64,000 nt of DNA from Paragordius varius (taxonomy: Eukaryota; Animalia; Nematomorpha): contig OZ176056.1 in assembly GCA_964247055.1 (NCBI GenBank), positions 1,922,001 through 1,986,000 on the forward strand, written 5' to 3'. Shown here piece after piece: positions 1 through 11,500 of this stretch (position 1 is the stretch's first letter; every line of letters begins with the position of its first letter). The notes beneath the pieces were generated by a model that saw only the letters and a program-made list of their open reading frames with translations, was not told the origin of the DNA and did no database searches. Both the position numbers and the translations under genes were made by a program.

Positions 1-739
1 CGTACAAACGATAGGACAAATATTTTTTCAAAGGTCCGTTATATTGTTATTCTCACATAAACTGAATTAAAATTTAAAATTATGTAATTGAGTTAAATAA
101 CAATTTATATATCTATTTTTTGCAACCAAAAACAATAAGTTAAATTAAAAAAATCAAGATACAATAATATGGGTCTTTGATTCTTTTAGATTTCATGTTT
201 TTTCTGTATAATTTGAATTTTTACTGTAAATTAACTAAAAAACGGTAATAAATTTTTATTTTTACATAATCTCAAGGTTATATTAAAAATATTTTTACAT
301 ACTGATTTTTGCTTAAGGTTTATAACATAAATATTGGCTTTTTAAAAAAATGCATTATATTACGGTATGACAAAAGGGTTTTTTAATATTCCGGTACAAC
401 TAAATTTAGAGCGATATAAGTCTTATAATAAGTTGCAACATTAAAATTATAAAATATCACTATAATTTATTTTAATACAACAATATTTTTTACCATTCAA
501 CCATATATTGGTTCTTACTTTAAAATTATTATATGCACAATATCATATATATTTATAATTCAAAGTAAATTTGGAAAGTATGTAGCTTATGGTCTAATTC
601 TTTAATTGATGAATCATTTAAAATTATTAATTGATTTAACTAATCCCCATCAAATCAAAATAGAAACGTACGCCCAAACTTATAGGTTTTCAAATAGCCA
701 GAATTCCTTAATAAAACAAAAAGTATTTGTTGGAAATAA

Positions 740-1062
740 AACTCCTCTTTAAATTCCAAAAAATCATTCGCTTATATATTAAATTTCTTAGAAAAAAAAC
801 TCACAAAACCGTTTAAACCCTTCGGTATTTCTAACCTTGTTGAAAAACTCCCCTTTAAATTCTTATAATCATTACCTTATATATTCAATTTCTGCGCCAA
901 AAAACTCACAAAACCGTTTCAACCCTTCGGTATTTCTAACCTTTAAAACCACCCATCAAAAAACTTCAACACAAATCATTCGCTTATATATTCAATTTCT
1001 TAGCCAAAAAATTCACAAAACCATTTACAACCTTCGGTATTTTTAACCGTTAAACCACATTT
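740..1062. repeat. Degenerate ~105-115-bp tandem repeat in ACC intron 3
   Basis: Three imperfect units sharing aactcacaaaaccgttt..ccttcggtattt.taacc. Copy B has related units at ~38210-38410. Confidence 0.7.
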
Positions 1063-1202
1063 CAAACCTTTAAATTCTAATATCATATTCAATTCTTAAC
1101 CAAACCAAAACTCACAATAACCGTTAAAATAACAAAAATAATAAAAAATTCCTTAAAACTGAAAAAGTTTAAAAACTTCAACACAAATCTTAAAAGATTA
1201 AC

Positions 1203-1527
1203 CTGATCCACTCCAAGCCAGGGTAGGAACATGCGCGCTTTGTGCAATCAGCGTAGATGCTATTTTATCGCCCAGAGCATGCATAGCAAATGCCGAAGGG
1301 CCCAAGAAAGCCAGACAGCGGTCCGCTAAAGCGAAGGGCAGGGCTGGATTTTCACTGGCATGACCCCAGCCGGCCCAAACTGCATCCGCCCCTGTCCGCA
1401 CACAAATCTCTACAATGAGTTCAACGTTGGCGTAATTGTGATTGTTGGAACCGCCTGGAACCGGGACATATTGATCCGCCATTTTTATGTACTCTATATT
1501 CATATTCATATTATTAAGGGGGAATTA

Positions 1528-1562
<35 letters not shown>

Positions 1563-2426
1563 GATGAAAGGAAGTATATATATTTTAATTTTAGAAAACT
1601 AAGATATATATCTATAATTATATATATTTAAATTATTTAATAAGATAATCCCTATAAGGACCCCGAATATGGGAAAAATACATAATTTATTTATGCATCA
1701 ATCATGCATTTTTAAAGAATATATTAAAGTTAAATTGTGAGACTTAAAAAATAATTAATTTAGATAAAATAACTATTTTAATAAAATTTAATGATCCATT
1801 AGATGGTTTTATAAAAACCACAATTTATTTTTGGGAAAGTGTTCACTTTTAAACAATTATATTAGGGTTTAATTAAAAAATCAGAAAAGTAAAAAAAATA
1901 TATAATATATGAGCTATTATGGAGAGTACACTCTTATCGGAACAAAAATTAAATTATGTTCATAAATTAATTTTTTCATCAATTTCTCATTTTTATTTTA
2001 TATTTAAGTAAATGAAAACTACAGATAACATAAAAAACAAGACTTTAAATTAAACAACATTTAAAATAGAAAAAAGTAATTTTAAAATTAATTATAATTG
2101 CTTTTGCTTTTAATGATTGACGTATATTTTACCAGCATTAGCTTTTAAATCTTCGGGAGTCACCATGACAACAAATTTTATCGCTCGTTCGTTTCGAAAC
2201 ATTTCGTATGCCCATCTTCGAATAGATCGCATACATTTAACCGCAGCTATACCATTATTGGCAATAAGGATCTAAATTTAAACATTATAAAAATTACCTT
2301 TTGAATTAGAGTGGTTCCCCCAAATTTTATAACAAATTCTTCGGGATTGGATAGCGTAAGCGAGCCATGTTTTGAAGTACTTATATTATTAATCGATGTA
2401 TCCAAAACACTTATATCGGATGACAT
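1203..2426 (-). CDS. ACC: Acetyl-CoA carboxylase, copy A, exons 1-3 (partial; continues off the left edge)
   Basis: Exons 2298-2426, 2133-2271 and 1203-1493 have GT-AG boundaries. They translate [10 protein letters not shown]...[86 protein letters not shown]...[11 protein letters not shown]...WSGS, the canonical eukaryotic ACC biotin-carboxylase N-terminus. The start codon is tentative. Confidence 0.93.
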
Positions 2427-3504
2427 AAATTTGATTATAATAATTTAAAGCGAAAAAACACGCGTTTTTACGTGATTGTATGATATTGAAGCTGTGCCAA
2501 TTTATTATACGAGAACAAGGGTACTTTTTTGAGCTCAAAATTATTTTTGTAGGTCTTACTTATGATTTATAAAGTATAAAATACTATACTGTTGCAAAAG
2601 ACTAGCTAAATAAAAATTAATTGATCGAGAGTGCTCCCAATGGTATCCAAATCTTAAAACACGTATTCTATGGCTTTGGTGCAGTGTGCGAAAATATATT
2701 TAAAACTGTATTATTTAAAAAAATATATTTAAAGCTATTTTTTTGGTGTATATTTTTAAAAAAATTAAAATATACCATATATTTCCATTTTAACACTTTA
2801 TAACTTTTTGAGGGGGTGTTACAACCAAGTGCCCCTTAAAATATCATAAAAAAATTTTAACGTTAGGCTAAATTTAATGATATTAAAATATAATAAAAAT
2901 GCCTGTAAACTTTTTGATAATTTTGTTTTATATCGCAAATGCAACAGGCAAATAAAACCATCATTATGAAAAAGCTTTCGGATTATAGAAATTTATGATA
3001 TTTATCTAATATCAGCTACTTGCTTCAATCAAGTTTTGGAGTTATCCGTTAGAATTAAAAATGTTAACTAATAATTATAAATATTTTTATCTAAAAGACA
3101 TATTGAAAAACAAATTTCAGCCAAACTGATTTTGAAACAGTAGGATGTTACTAAAAGCTCTGATTAGGAAACCCCCTCAACATGCCATCTCAGATAATGT
3201 AATAAATTGTTGACTATTTAATTAGTTTTTGAGTGAGTCGTTGGTTGTGTGAAATTAGAAGTTAAGCTAGAATTTATAAAATATAATCTAATAAATTTAA
3301 AATTAATTTTTATTTTATGGTTCTGACGTACAAATACTCCAAAATATTTTTATCTATTCCACGTGCATAAAATGAAAGACATGTTTATTTATTGAGGAAA
3401 CATTTAAAGATTAGCGGTTTTTATATTGAAGAATGTTTGAAAAAATAAAAAAAGATAAAAGAGGAGTTAAATGGCCAAACTAAAATTATGTTTATATTTT
3501 AAAT

Positions 3505-3729
3505 CAGGGGTGTCTAAAGCAAATATTTCGCGAGCCGCATTTAAAATATATATGGGCATTTATAAATAAAATATTAAATTTCAAACGTAAAAATTTTTTT
3601 CTAGTTTTTACAAATCGGGTAGATTTATATGTAGAAATATTGTTTTAAAATTAATTTTAATAATGTGAGCAAATGTTTCCAATTATGATTTTCCGAATAT
3701 TTCGCGAGCCGCCTGTTGGATAACCCTAG
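3505..3729. mobile_element. Degenerate hAT-like MITE
   Basis: CAGGGGTGTCTAAA ... GTTGGATAACCCTAG ends and an internal direct repeat aatatttcgcgagccgc. Partly deleted in copy B. Confidence 0.55.
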
Positions 3730-4020
3730 CTTAAATCAATTATTTTCATGCATGTTATGTGCCGTTTCGAAAAGAATTTATAACCATCTATTTTTTTATA
3801 AGACCAATGCAGTTTCTGTTTTTAATTGTATTTTACAGGTTCTAATATTAACTAAAAGTTACTTCTAAACGATTAGTCTGCTTTATTTTTCCCTTCAATT
3901 TTCGAAATACAAACAATCAAATTTATTTATTGGATAAACAAATTAGTGAATTAACTACACTATTACATCTATAATATTTTTATGGAAAATCTTTCAAAAA
4001 TATTATATATGACAAATAAA

Positions 4021-6157
4021 TTATTCAGGTGCCGGCTTTAGATTTTTAATGGCTTCTTCCAAAACTTCTAAAATTATAAATTAAATACAGTTATGATTAA
4101 ATTTATAATTATAATGTTTAACACTGTAAGTTATAGTTTAAAATATATTTGTTATCTATATATACCTTTTGATATATCAGGATCCTCTAATAATGCATCT
4201 AGAATTAACATAAAAAATAGTTTATTTGGCCAAAGTGAAATTTATATTAACTATCGAATGTAGTGAATAACAAATTAGTTAATGAACTGAGTATATAATT
4301 AATTTTTTTTTCTTAGGAGATATATTGTATATAAAATTACTCAATTTATACATGGGTTATAAATTTTCTATTACTGATTATATTTAGTGATTATGACATT
4401 ATGTGTGACAGGATTATCAATTTGCTTAAATCAATCGAAATAATAAAATTAGTAAAAATATCTTTTTTAAAAAAATAAAATTATATTTTAAATTTTATAA
4501 AATATTTTACTTTCAAATCCTGCATCTGGAAACATGGCGCCTAGATCAATGAGAGAAATAATTAAAGTTATGTCATATAACCAGATATTTAAATATTTTA
4601 TAATTAACAATATTTTAAAAGAAAAAATTATATAATATATTAAAATTTTGTCAATTTTTATCTTAAATTTTTTTTACATTTTATTAAATAATAATATAAT
4701 AAAATTAATTACTTTCATTTGCTTTGTCGATTAAATCTAATTAAGGTAATATAATTATGAAAAAGTGATTTGCTTATATTTTTTAACCTAAGGGTTGATT
4801 GTCGAATGAGAAATTTAATTTTTTTAGGTTATCCGAATGTTTAAAAATATTTTTATTAAAATTACCTATTTTTTGGTTATAATATTAAATTTCATGGATG
4901 TTCATTCAAATTAAAACTATGTATATCCGTATCGTATTATAATTAACTTTAAAATATAATTAATAAACTATAAGTGGAGATTTATTTTAAAGTAACACAA
5001 TATTAAATTGACACTTTTTTGGAAATTTTGCGTTTGTTAATGTGATAAGATTAATGTCACCTTGAATAGTGTCCATCATATCTATATATACTGTTTAAAG
5101 CCAAAAATATTTTTTTGTATTTAAATACATTAACAAAAAATATACTGCTAATGCGCTCTTTCAAAGCTAAATTTGATATACATAATTTATTTAATGTGTT
5201 TTTTCAATTTTTAGAATTATAAAGCATACATTTTATGGATACTTTCATGCCGTCTATAAAATAATTTATATAAATATTAAACAAAACACAAAAACGTAAT
5301 CCTAAAAATTCTCAAATATAAAAGAGTACTTGAAAAATACAAGACTGTCATTTTTTTAAAAATATTCAACAATTTTAATCCTATATGTGCGGTTGGAAAA
5401 TCAGCGTGTCTCTGAAACCTAAATGGCTTAAATAAATATATTTTAAAAACCGGCAGTTTTAATAATTATTCGAATTTATTGTTATTACTAATTTAGGTGA
5501 TTTTAAACAAATGTCGTCAATTAATACACAATAATTTTTTTAAACATTATATAAATTTCATAACTTATCACAAAATTTATCACAATGTGGGCTCTTATAG
5601 TAATCTTTACATACAATTTTTTTTTCATTAAACCAATTTTATTTTAATTGTTTAAAAAAAATACCAATTTTGGCCCGATCTATATAAAATTTAATGATTT
5701 AATTAAAATTTTATAAATTATATTGCCATTAAAATTACTTATATTTTCTGGACCTAATCAAGAAGTAAAATATTTTAAAATATAATTTTTATAATGAAAA
5801 CTATATAATAAAAATATATTACTGATATTTCGCGTTTCCTCCAAAAAATTTTTTGATTCTAATTATATATATGGATAATTTTAATTAAAGATCTTTAAAA
5901 AATAAAAATAATTGCTACAAAATAAAACATAAAAATGTTAAGATTAGATCCTAAATTGTATTGAAGAGTATATTGAAATACAAAGCTATTTTGATTTAAA
6001 AATGAAAGGTAAGTAAAAAATAAATATATATGTCAATAAATTAAAAATTTGATGGTATTTAAAACTTTATTAGAGTCTTCAGGAGTTCTTGGGAAAAATA
6101 CAACATCATTTAATTAAAAAAACTTTTATAAGTTATTACGTATTAAATCACATGATT
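4021..6157 (-). CDS. Micro-exon chain 1, copy A (unknown acidic protein, C-terminal part)
   Basis: AG/GT-bounded phase-1 exons: 6140-6157 (18 nt), 5823-5858 (36), 5739-5753 (15), 5665-5679 (15), 5330-5344 (15), 5230-5253 (24), 5146-5166 (21), 5061-5081 (21), 4713-4736 (24), 4511-4540 (30), 4166-4198 (33), terminal 4021-4067. Translation: ..SCDLIQSKNFLEETRNISPENINRAKIVLYFSNGMKVSIKSLKERISNMMDTIQDLIDKANESAMFPDAGFENALLEDPDISKEVLEEAIKNLKPAPE*. An alternative ATG lies at 5351. Confidence 0.8.
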
Positions 6158-7060
6158 CTATAAAACATTTTTTACCAAACGCAACATTTTCTATCCAAAC
6201 GAAATAAAAAAAGTTTCTTTTAGTTGAAAAAATGTTGCGATGAATGAATGTTGCATTTGATTGAAAATGGTATAATTATAATTAAACGGGCTTTTTGAAA
6301 ATTCAAATTAAATTTTAAAAAAATCAAAATATATCAACTGCCATAAAGTAATTTTAAAAACCTTATTGGAATCTTTATAAATTATTATAAGTCATACAAT
6401 TAGATATAAAACATGAGATTTAAGCTTTTTCGATTTTTAAAATTTTGATATTTTTTGTTATTACAAATATGGTAAAATTTTTAAACCTTCTACATTTTAG
6501 ATAAAAGAGTTGAAACACAATCTATTTTTCTTGATTCACTTTTATTCTTTTAGGGTATTGGCCGCTAAAAAGATAAGGGAATTTGAAGAACAATCGCAGT
6601 GGTATTTCTTAAAAATTTTAACTAGCCGTAAAAGAGCTTTTAGGGCTGCGGTTTAAATTAAATTATTAGCTTTATACAAAAACCCAAGTCTCTTAAAAGC
6701 GTACAACCAGTATAAATTCACAAACGCCAATTAAAAAGAGTGGAAAATTATGAAGACTAGTGACCTGATTTTTAAAATTAGCCAGCAATATAATGTCCAC
6801 CAAGGCAACTCAAGTTTTTAGTAAGACTATGTTTTTAAACAAACTTCTTGAATATTTTTTATTTTTACAAATATTTTGGATCATTATAATTCATTAAAGC
6901 TAATGAATAAATTATACATTAACTTTCATCATTCTTCCAATAAATTTTAATTTATAACAGCTGAATTTTGGTTTATATTTTATAAAACGTATTTTTTGAA
7001 AAGTCAGTAACCATCTAAGAGAACGGTTCCAATGTTAAAAACCGGTATTAAAAGTTATAC

Positions 7061-8410
7061 TGTAAGCCAGGTCTTCCAAATTTTAAGAGATATGCTGTTT
7101 ATTTTAAATTTTTACAACCCGATTGTGATTATAAACGAGCAGAAACCATTGAAATTTTGGTTCCACTTTTTTTTGACTTGGTTTTCCGGGCGTTAGTTTT
7201 CATGTTTTGTCCTTATAATTTTAATTTTTATCAATATAGATTCTAAGTAAGACATATACCTTCCATAAGATTGGATCCTTCTGCAGAGGTAAAATAAATA
7301 TATTCAATACATCAGTAAATTACTAAGTACCTGTATTCAAATTTTCGACATCTGAAATATATGGTTTATATCATTAAAATCATAACGATATATGTGCAAA
7401 AATGATTTTCAAAAATTGCTCAATTATCTTTAAAAGATGTGTTTTATAAAAATATTTAATATATAAGAAATTTAGAATTGAAAAACATACGCTCCAATAT
7501 TTGTCGGCCTATAAAATTAAAGTGAAATAAAATTCTTTTTTTTTGAAAAAAATTAAATAATATAATTTTTTCGAATTGTACCTTGAACGATTCTGTCATG
7601 ACTAGTTTTAAATCTTTTGCCTTATGTAAAATATTATAAAAAGTATACTTGGTCGAAGTTCTAATTGATATAGAAACGAATTATAAATTGTTAATTTAAC
7701 CTTAATCGTATTTAGGTCAAATTTATCCAATCTATAATAAATTTTGATAGCGGTATTTTATGTGTTTATTTAAAGTAATAAAAAGTTTTTTGGTTACCCT
7801 TTTTTCAGAAAAAATATTTTTTTTTAACTTAATGCTAAATTAAATGAAATTTACAATCACAAATGACTTTATAAAATTAATTAATTCACTTATGTTCTTT
7901 AAGTGCTGATTACCCAATTTTATTTTTTGAAATTAATAAATTAAAGATTTAATATGTTATAAAAAATGAAGTCTAGATTACTTATAAATATGAAATAATC
8001 CCTCTATTTAAACAATTTTTTTATTATTTCAAAAAATATCGGCTTTTGAAATATAAATATTTCTTTTTTGCATTAAAATGTAAGTTATACCGCTTATATC
8101 ATCCTCACCTACATCATAGTCTAAATTTAGGGAAATATATATATATGTATACATTAATCTTTACAAGGATAATATAAATTAGCCAAATTTATAAAATAAT
8201 ATAATATTTCGTGATTATTCTTAAACTTTTATTTAAATTATGGTTTTTTATTGTCATACATCTTTTTAAAGATGTCTATTTTGATTGCATATTAATTAAA
8301 AGGTTAAAAAAATTTTCATCAGTTTTTTTGGAGACCTATTTTTATAATTTGGTTTCATGTTGTGTGATATGGAATCATACATTTCATAATTGATATAATA
8401 TTTAGCCGAC
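7061..8410 (-). CDS. Micro-exon chain 2, copy A
   Basis: Exons: 8381-8410 (30 nt), 8091-8120 (30), 7890-7905 (16), 7701-7731 (31), 7649-7660 (12), 7582-7601 (20), 7491-7508 (18), 7331-7351 (21), 7260-7280 (21), 7061-7094 (34). The lower part reads RQILEHVENLNTEGSNLMEAYLLKFG. Splice sites are conserved in copy B. The frame above 7601 is ambiguous, and the 34-nt exon is 33 nt in copy B. Confidence 0.65.
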
Positions 8411-8589
8411 CTAGGGTTAAACTGCTTATATGTTAAAAAACTTTGGTAGCAAAAAAATATATGTGCTAAAAAAGTTTGGTTTTTAAAATTATTTAAAAAA
8501 ATTACAAAACATTAATAAAGGTAATATTAATTAAATTAATACTGCAATTTTATCTAAAAATTGTACATCCACCATATCATATCATATTT

Positions 8590-11500
8590 TTAAAAATTTA
8601 TGAAAGGCACGGCTAAGGTCATATAAACTAATAATTTTTTTTATAAAAATCTACTTCTTTGAAGACCGGATGGTCCAGGTTGGGGTTCTGTGGCCTCTGT
8701 TTAAAATATAATTGGAAAAAATAATATGTATATCATAAAAATATTTAGCTAGTATTTTAATTAAAACCTGATGTGCTTGGGGTAATTTTAGATATGGTAT
8801 TATCAGAACCTGTAGAAAATATATTTTTTAATAAAAGTATATAAATCACAGCTAATTTTTCAACAACAATAGTATTTTCTAATTTTCTTATTTATATTAC
8901 CATAAAATAATGTATAAATAGATAGAGCCGAATTAAAAAAAACCTTCAGTTGATGCTGGATTTACACTGGGCCCTGATAAAAATTAAATATTTGCTTTTA
9001 GTTATAAAGTATGTTTTTTTAATTTTTGAACATAAACCGCCAAAGATACTTAGGTTAGGGTATAATACAGTCAATAAAGTAAAAATTGTTTCTAAAAATA
9101 ACAGTATTTGAACAAATTTTAAAATTTGTTAATTACTTTGTCACCAAAAATTAACACTAACTTGTCATTACCTGGTTCTAACTGAGCCAATTCGCCTCCA
9201 TCATCTAGATTTTTAGATTTATTTTTAATCATATCAATTTATAAAAATTTCCAAAATAGATTTTAATTGGTTTCAAATAGTTTAGCGAAGCAAATATTTC
9301 AATTAAATAATTTTATACAATTTGCAATGTGTTTAATTACTTATTGTAATATTGAAAAACCAGAAATTACAAAACAAAAAGTTATTTTTATATGAAACAA
9401 TTTAATTATTATATATATTATTACCAGTATTAGCAATTGTTTCAACCAATTTAGCTGCTTCAGTGATTTCCACTATTTCAAAAAAAATTAAATTTATAAA
9501 CCAAAGTAAAATTTATAATATATGGTTAATTTGATAATTAATTTTTATCATAACATATAATTTTTTGGATGATTAAATTATATACCTCCATCTACAACAT
9601 TTTAATTTTTAAAAAATTATTTGAGTTTTACCTGTGAGGACAGTGGCTATATATTGAAAATATTAAATTATAATTTTATATAATTTATAATATTAAAATT
9701 TATCTTTGAAGTGACCGTTTTTTTAACAAAGCAATTAGTAATAAAAATTTAATTGAAATACTTAATTGCAAATTCATACAAAAATTAAATCACAAGGCCA
9801 AAGTTTATGTTTCTATGGTTATATTAGGTGAATAACTTATCCAAATTCTACTCGTAATTAAAGAAAATTTTTTTAAATTTTAAATATTTTATCAATAACT
9901 CTACAATTTCCTGTTAAAAAAATGTGCTAAAATTATTATGTATAAAAATCAGAGTCCTTATACATTCGACCCACCTTAAATGGCCCTCCCAGCAAACTAT
10001 AGTAACGCGCTAAAAAATAAGCTCATGTTTCGATGTTTAAATAAAGTCTTGGCTTTAAATTATAATTTTCACTAGTTGTTAAGTCAGAGAGCAAATAGCA
10101 ATAAAATCAATTAAAATGTAATCATTTTTTAAAACTTCAAAAATAGTAAAGATATATTGTTGATATTTTACAGTTCTTGCGAATAAATCGGTTTTTTTAA
10201 TTATTTATTGGTAATGTTGTCGGTGTTGAATATACAATAAAAATTGAAATTATACGGACAAATCGTAATAATATAAAGACAAATATTATCTTTCCAAAAG
10301 ACAACCATACTTTTTAAATCTTAATTTATATAAATATAATTTATTGTTTTGAACTGTAGTAAAGTATGTAATAGAGATGTATATTGGAAACACAATCAAT
10401 TAAGTATTTTTTTGCGATTAAATGATTTTTATGGGATTTTATGGTTTAAAAAAGTATGCTTGTCTTTTGAAATAAAAATTTTGTCTTTATATTTTTACTT
10501 TTTGTCCGTATATTATCAATTTTTACTGTACTGTATATATACATACAAGTTTAAATGGCGTAACCTTAAATGCGATCAAAGAAAATAAGTAATGACTGGA
10601 CTGAAACAATATTTACATATTTTTACTTCATAAAATAAAAGATTCTAGCCAATAATTTTTAATTAAGATAGGGAGAGTTAGGATCAAATATATACATTAG
10701 ATATATTCATACAAGCCAATATAATAAATTCATATCTTAAAAAGGTCAAATCAATTAACCACTTTGTAACAAAACTTGTTCTTTATGCAAGACTATGCTT
10801 TGTGATACTATACGGACAAAACGTACAAAAAAGGATTTCTCACAAAGTCAAATATTGATTTGCCCTAATTTTTCCCCATTTTAATTTTATGTTTTTATTT
10901 AATTTTTTAAGAATTTAAATCTCAATTTATCATTTTGTAAACGACAAAAGGCTGAGTTGATTTTCAATGTCAACATTTTAAGAAAGTGTTGTCTCTTATA
11001 GAAAGCCCTTCTTTGAGTTTTTCCGTTTTGTTTGTATGATTATGGTAAAATATTAATTTGAAAATAAAATTACATTTTACATTATAAAAATACCCGAACT
11101 TTTATCCGGTAATATTAAAACATTTGCAATATAAATTAAATCATTATCGTTTACCTGCCACTGAAAATATTAAATAATATAACTTTATAAAAAATATTTT
11201 TGTGATTCGAATTGGTAAATTTTAACCAAAAGAATTATTACACATTGCTGAGCCTAATATTTATCATTTTAAACATTATTAATAACTAGTTTGAAATATG
11301 GATGTAAAATTTAAAATTTTTTTGTCCATAACATATAAACAAATTTAAAGTTATAAAAAAATTAAATGAATTTTACAATAAAATAACTCACCAAAAAAAT
11401 GTAAATAATTTATCAATATTGGATAAAATATAATTTAGTTTTGATTATTTCTATATTTTTTTATTAATCTCAACGGTTAAAATTACTAACTTTTTTGTTT

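Noticed and set aside
5451-5487. 37-nt exon implying read-through of a TAA (TAG in B) to link chains
   Set aside because: There is a stop in both copies and B is frameshifted downstream. It could be an alternative terminal exon but is unsupported.
6158-6190. 18-nt intron plus 15-nt exon upstream of 6140-6157
   Set aside because: The intron is implausibly short, and the putative exon is 14 nt in copy B.
8641-8643. TAA as the stop of chain 3 (...SRFL*), or as stop read-through relative to copy B's TAC
   Set aside because: It is better explained by a 27-nt GT-AG intron (8628-8654; 50313-50339) that removes it in both copies.
9975-9996. 22-nt candidate micro-exon TTTGCTGGGAGGGCCATTTAAG
   Set aside because: It is not a multiple of 3 and the GT donor is lost in copy B. 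It looks more like a repeat remnant.
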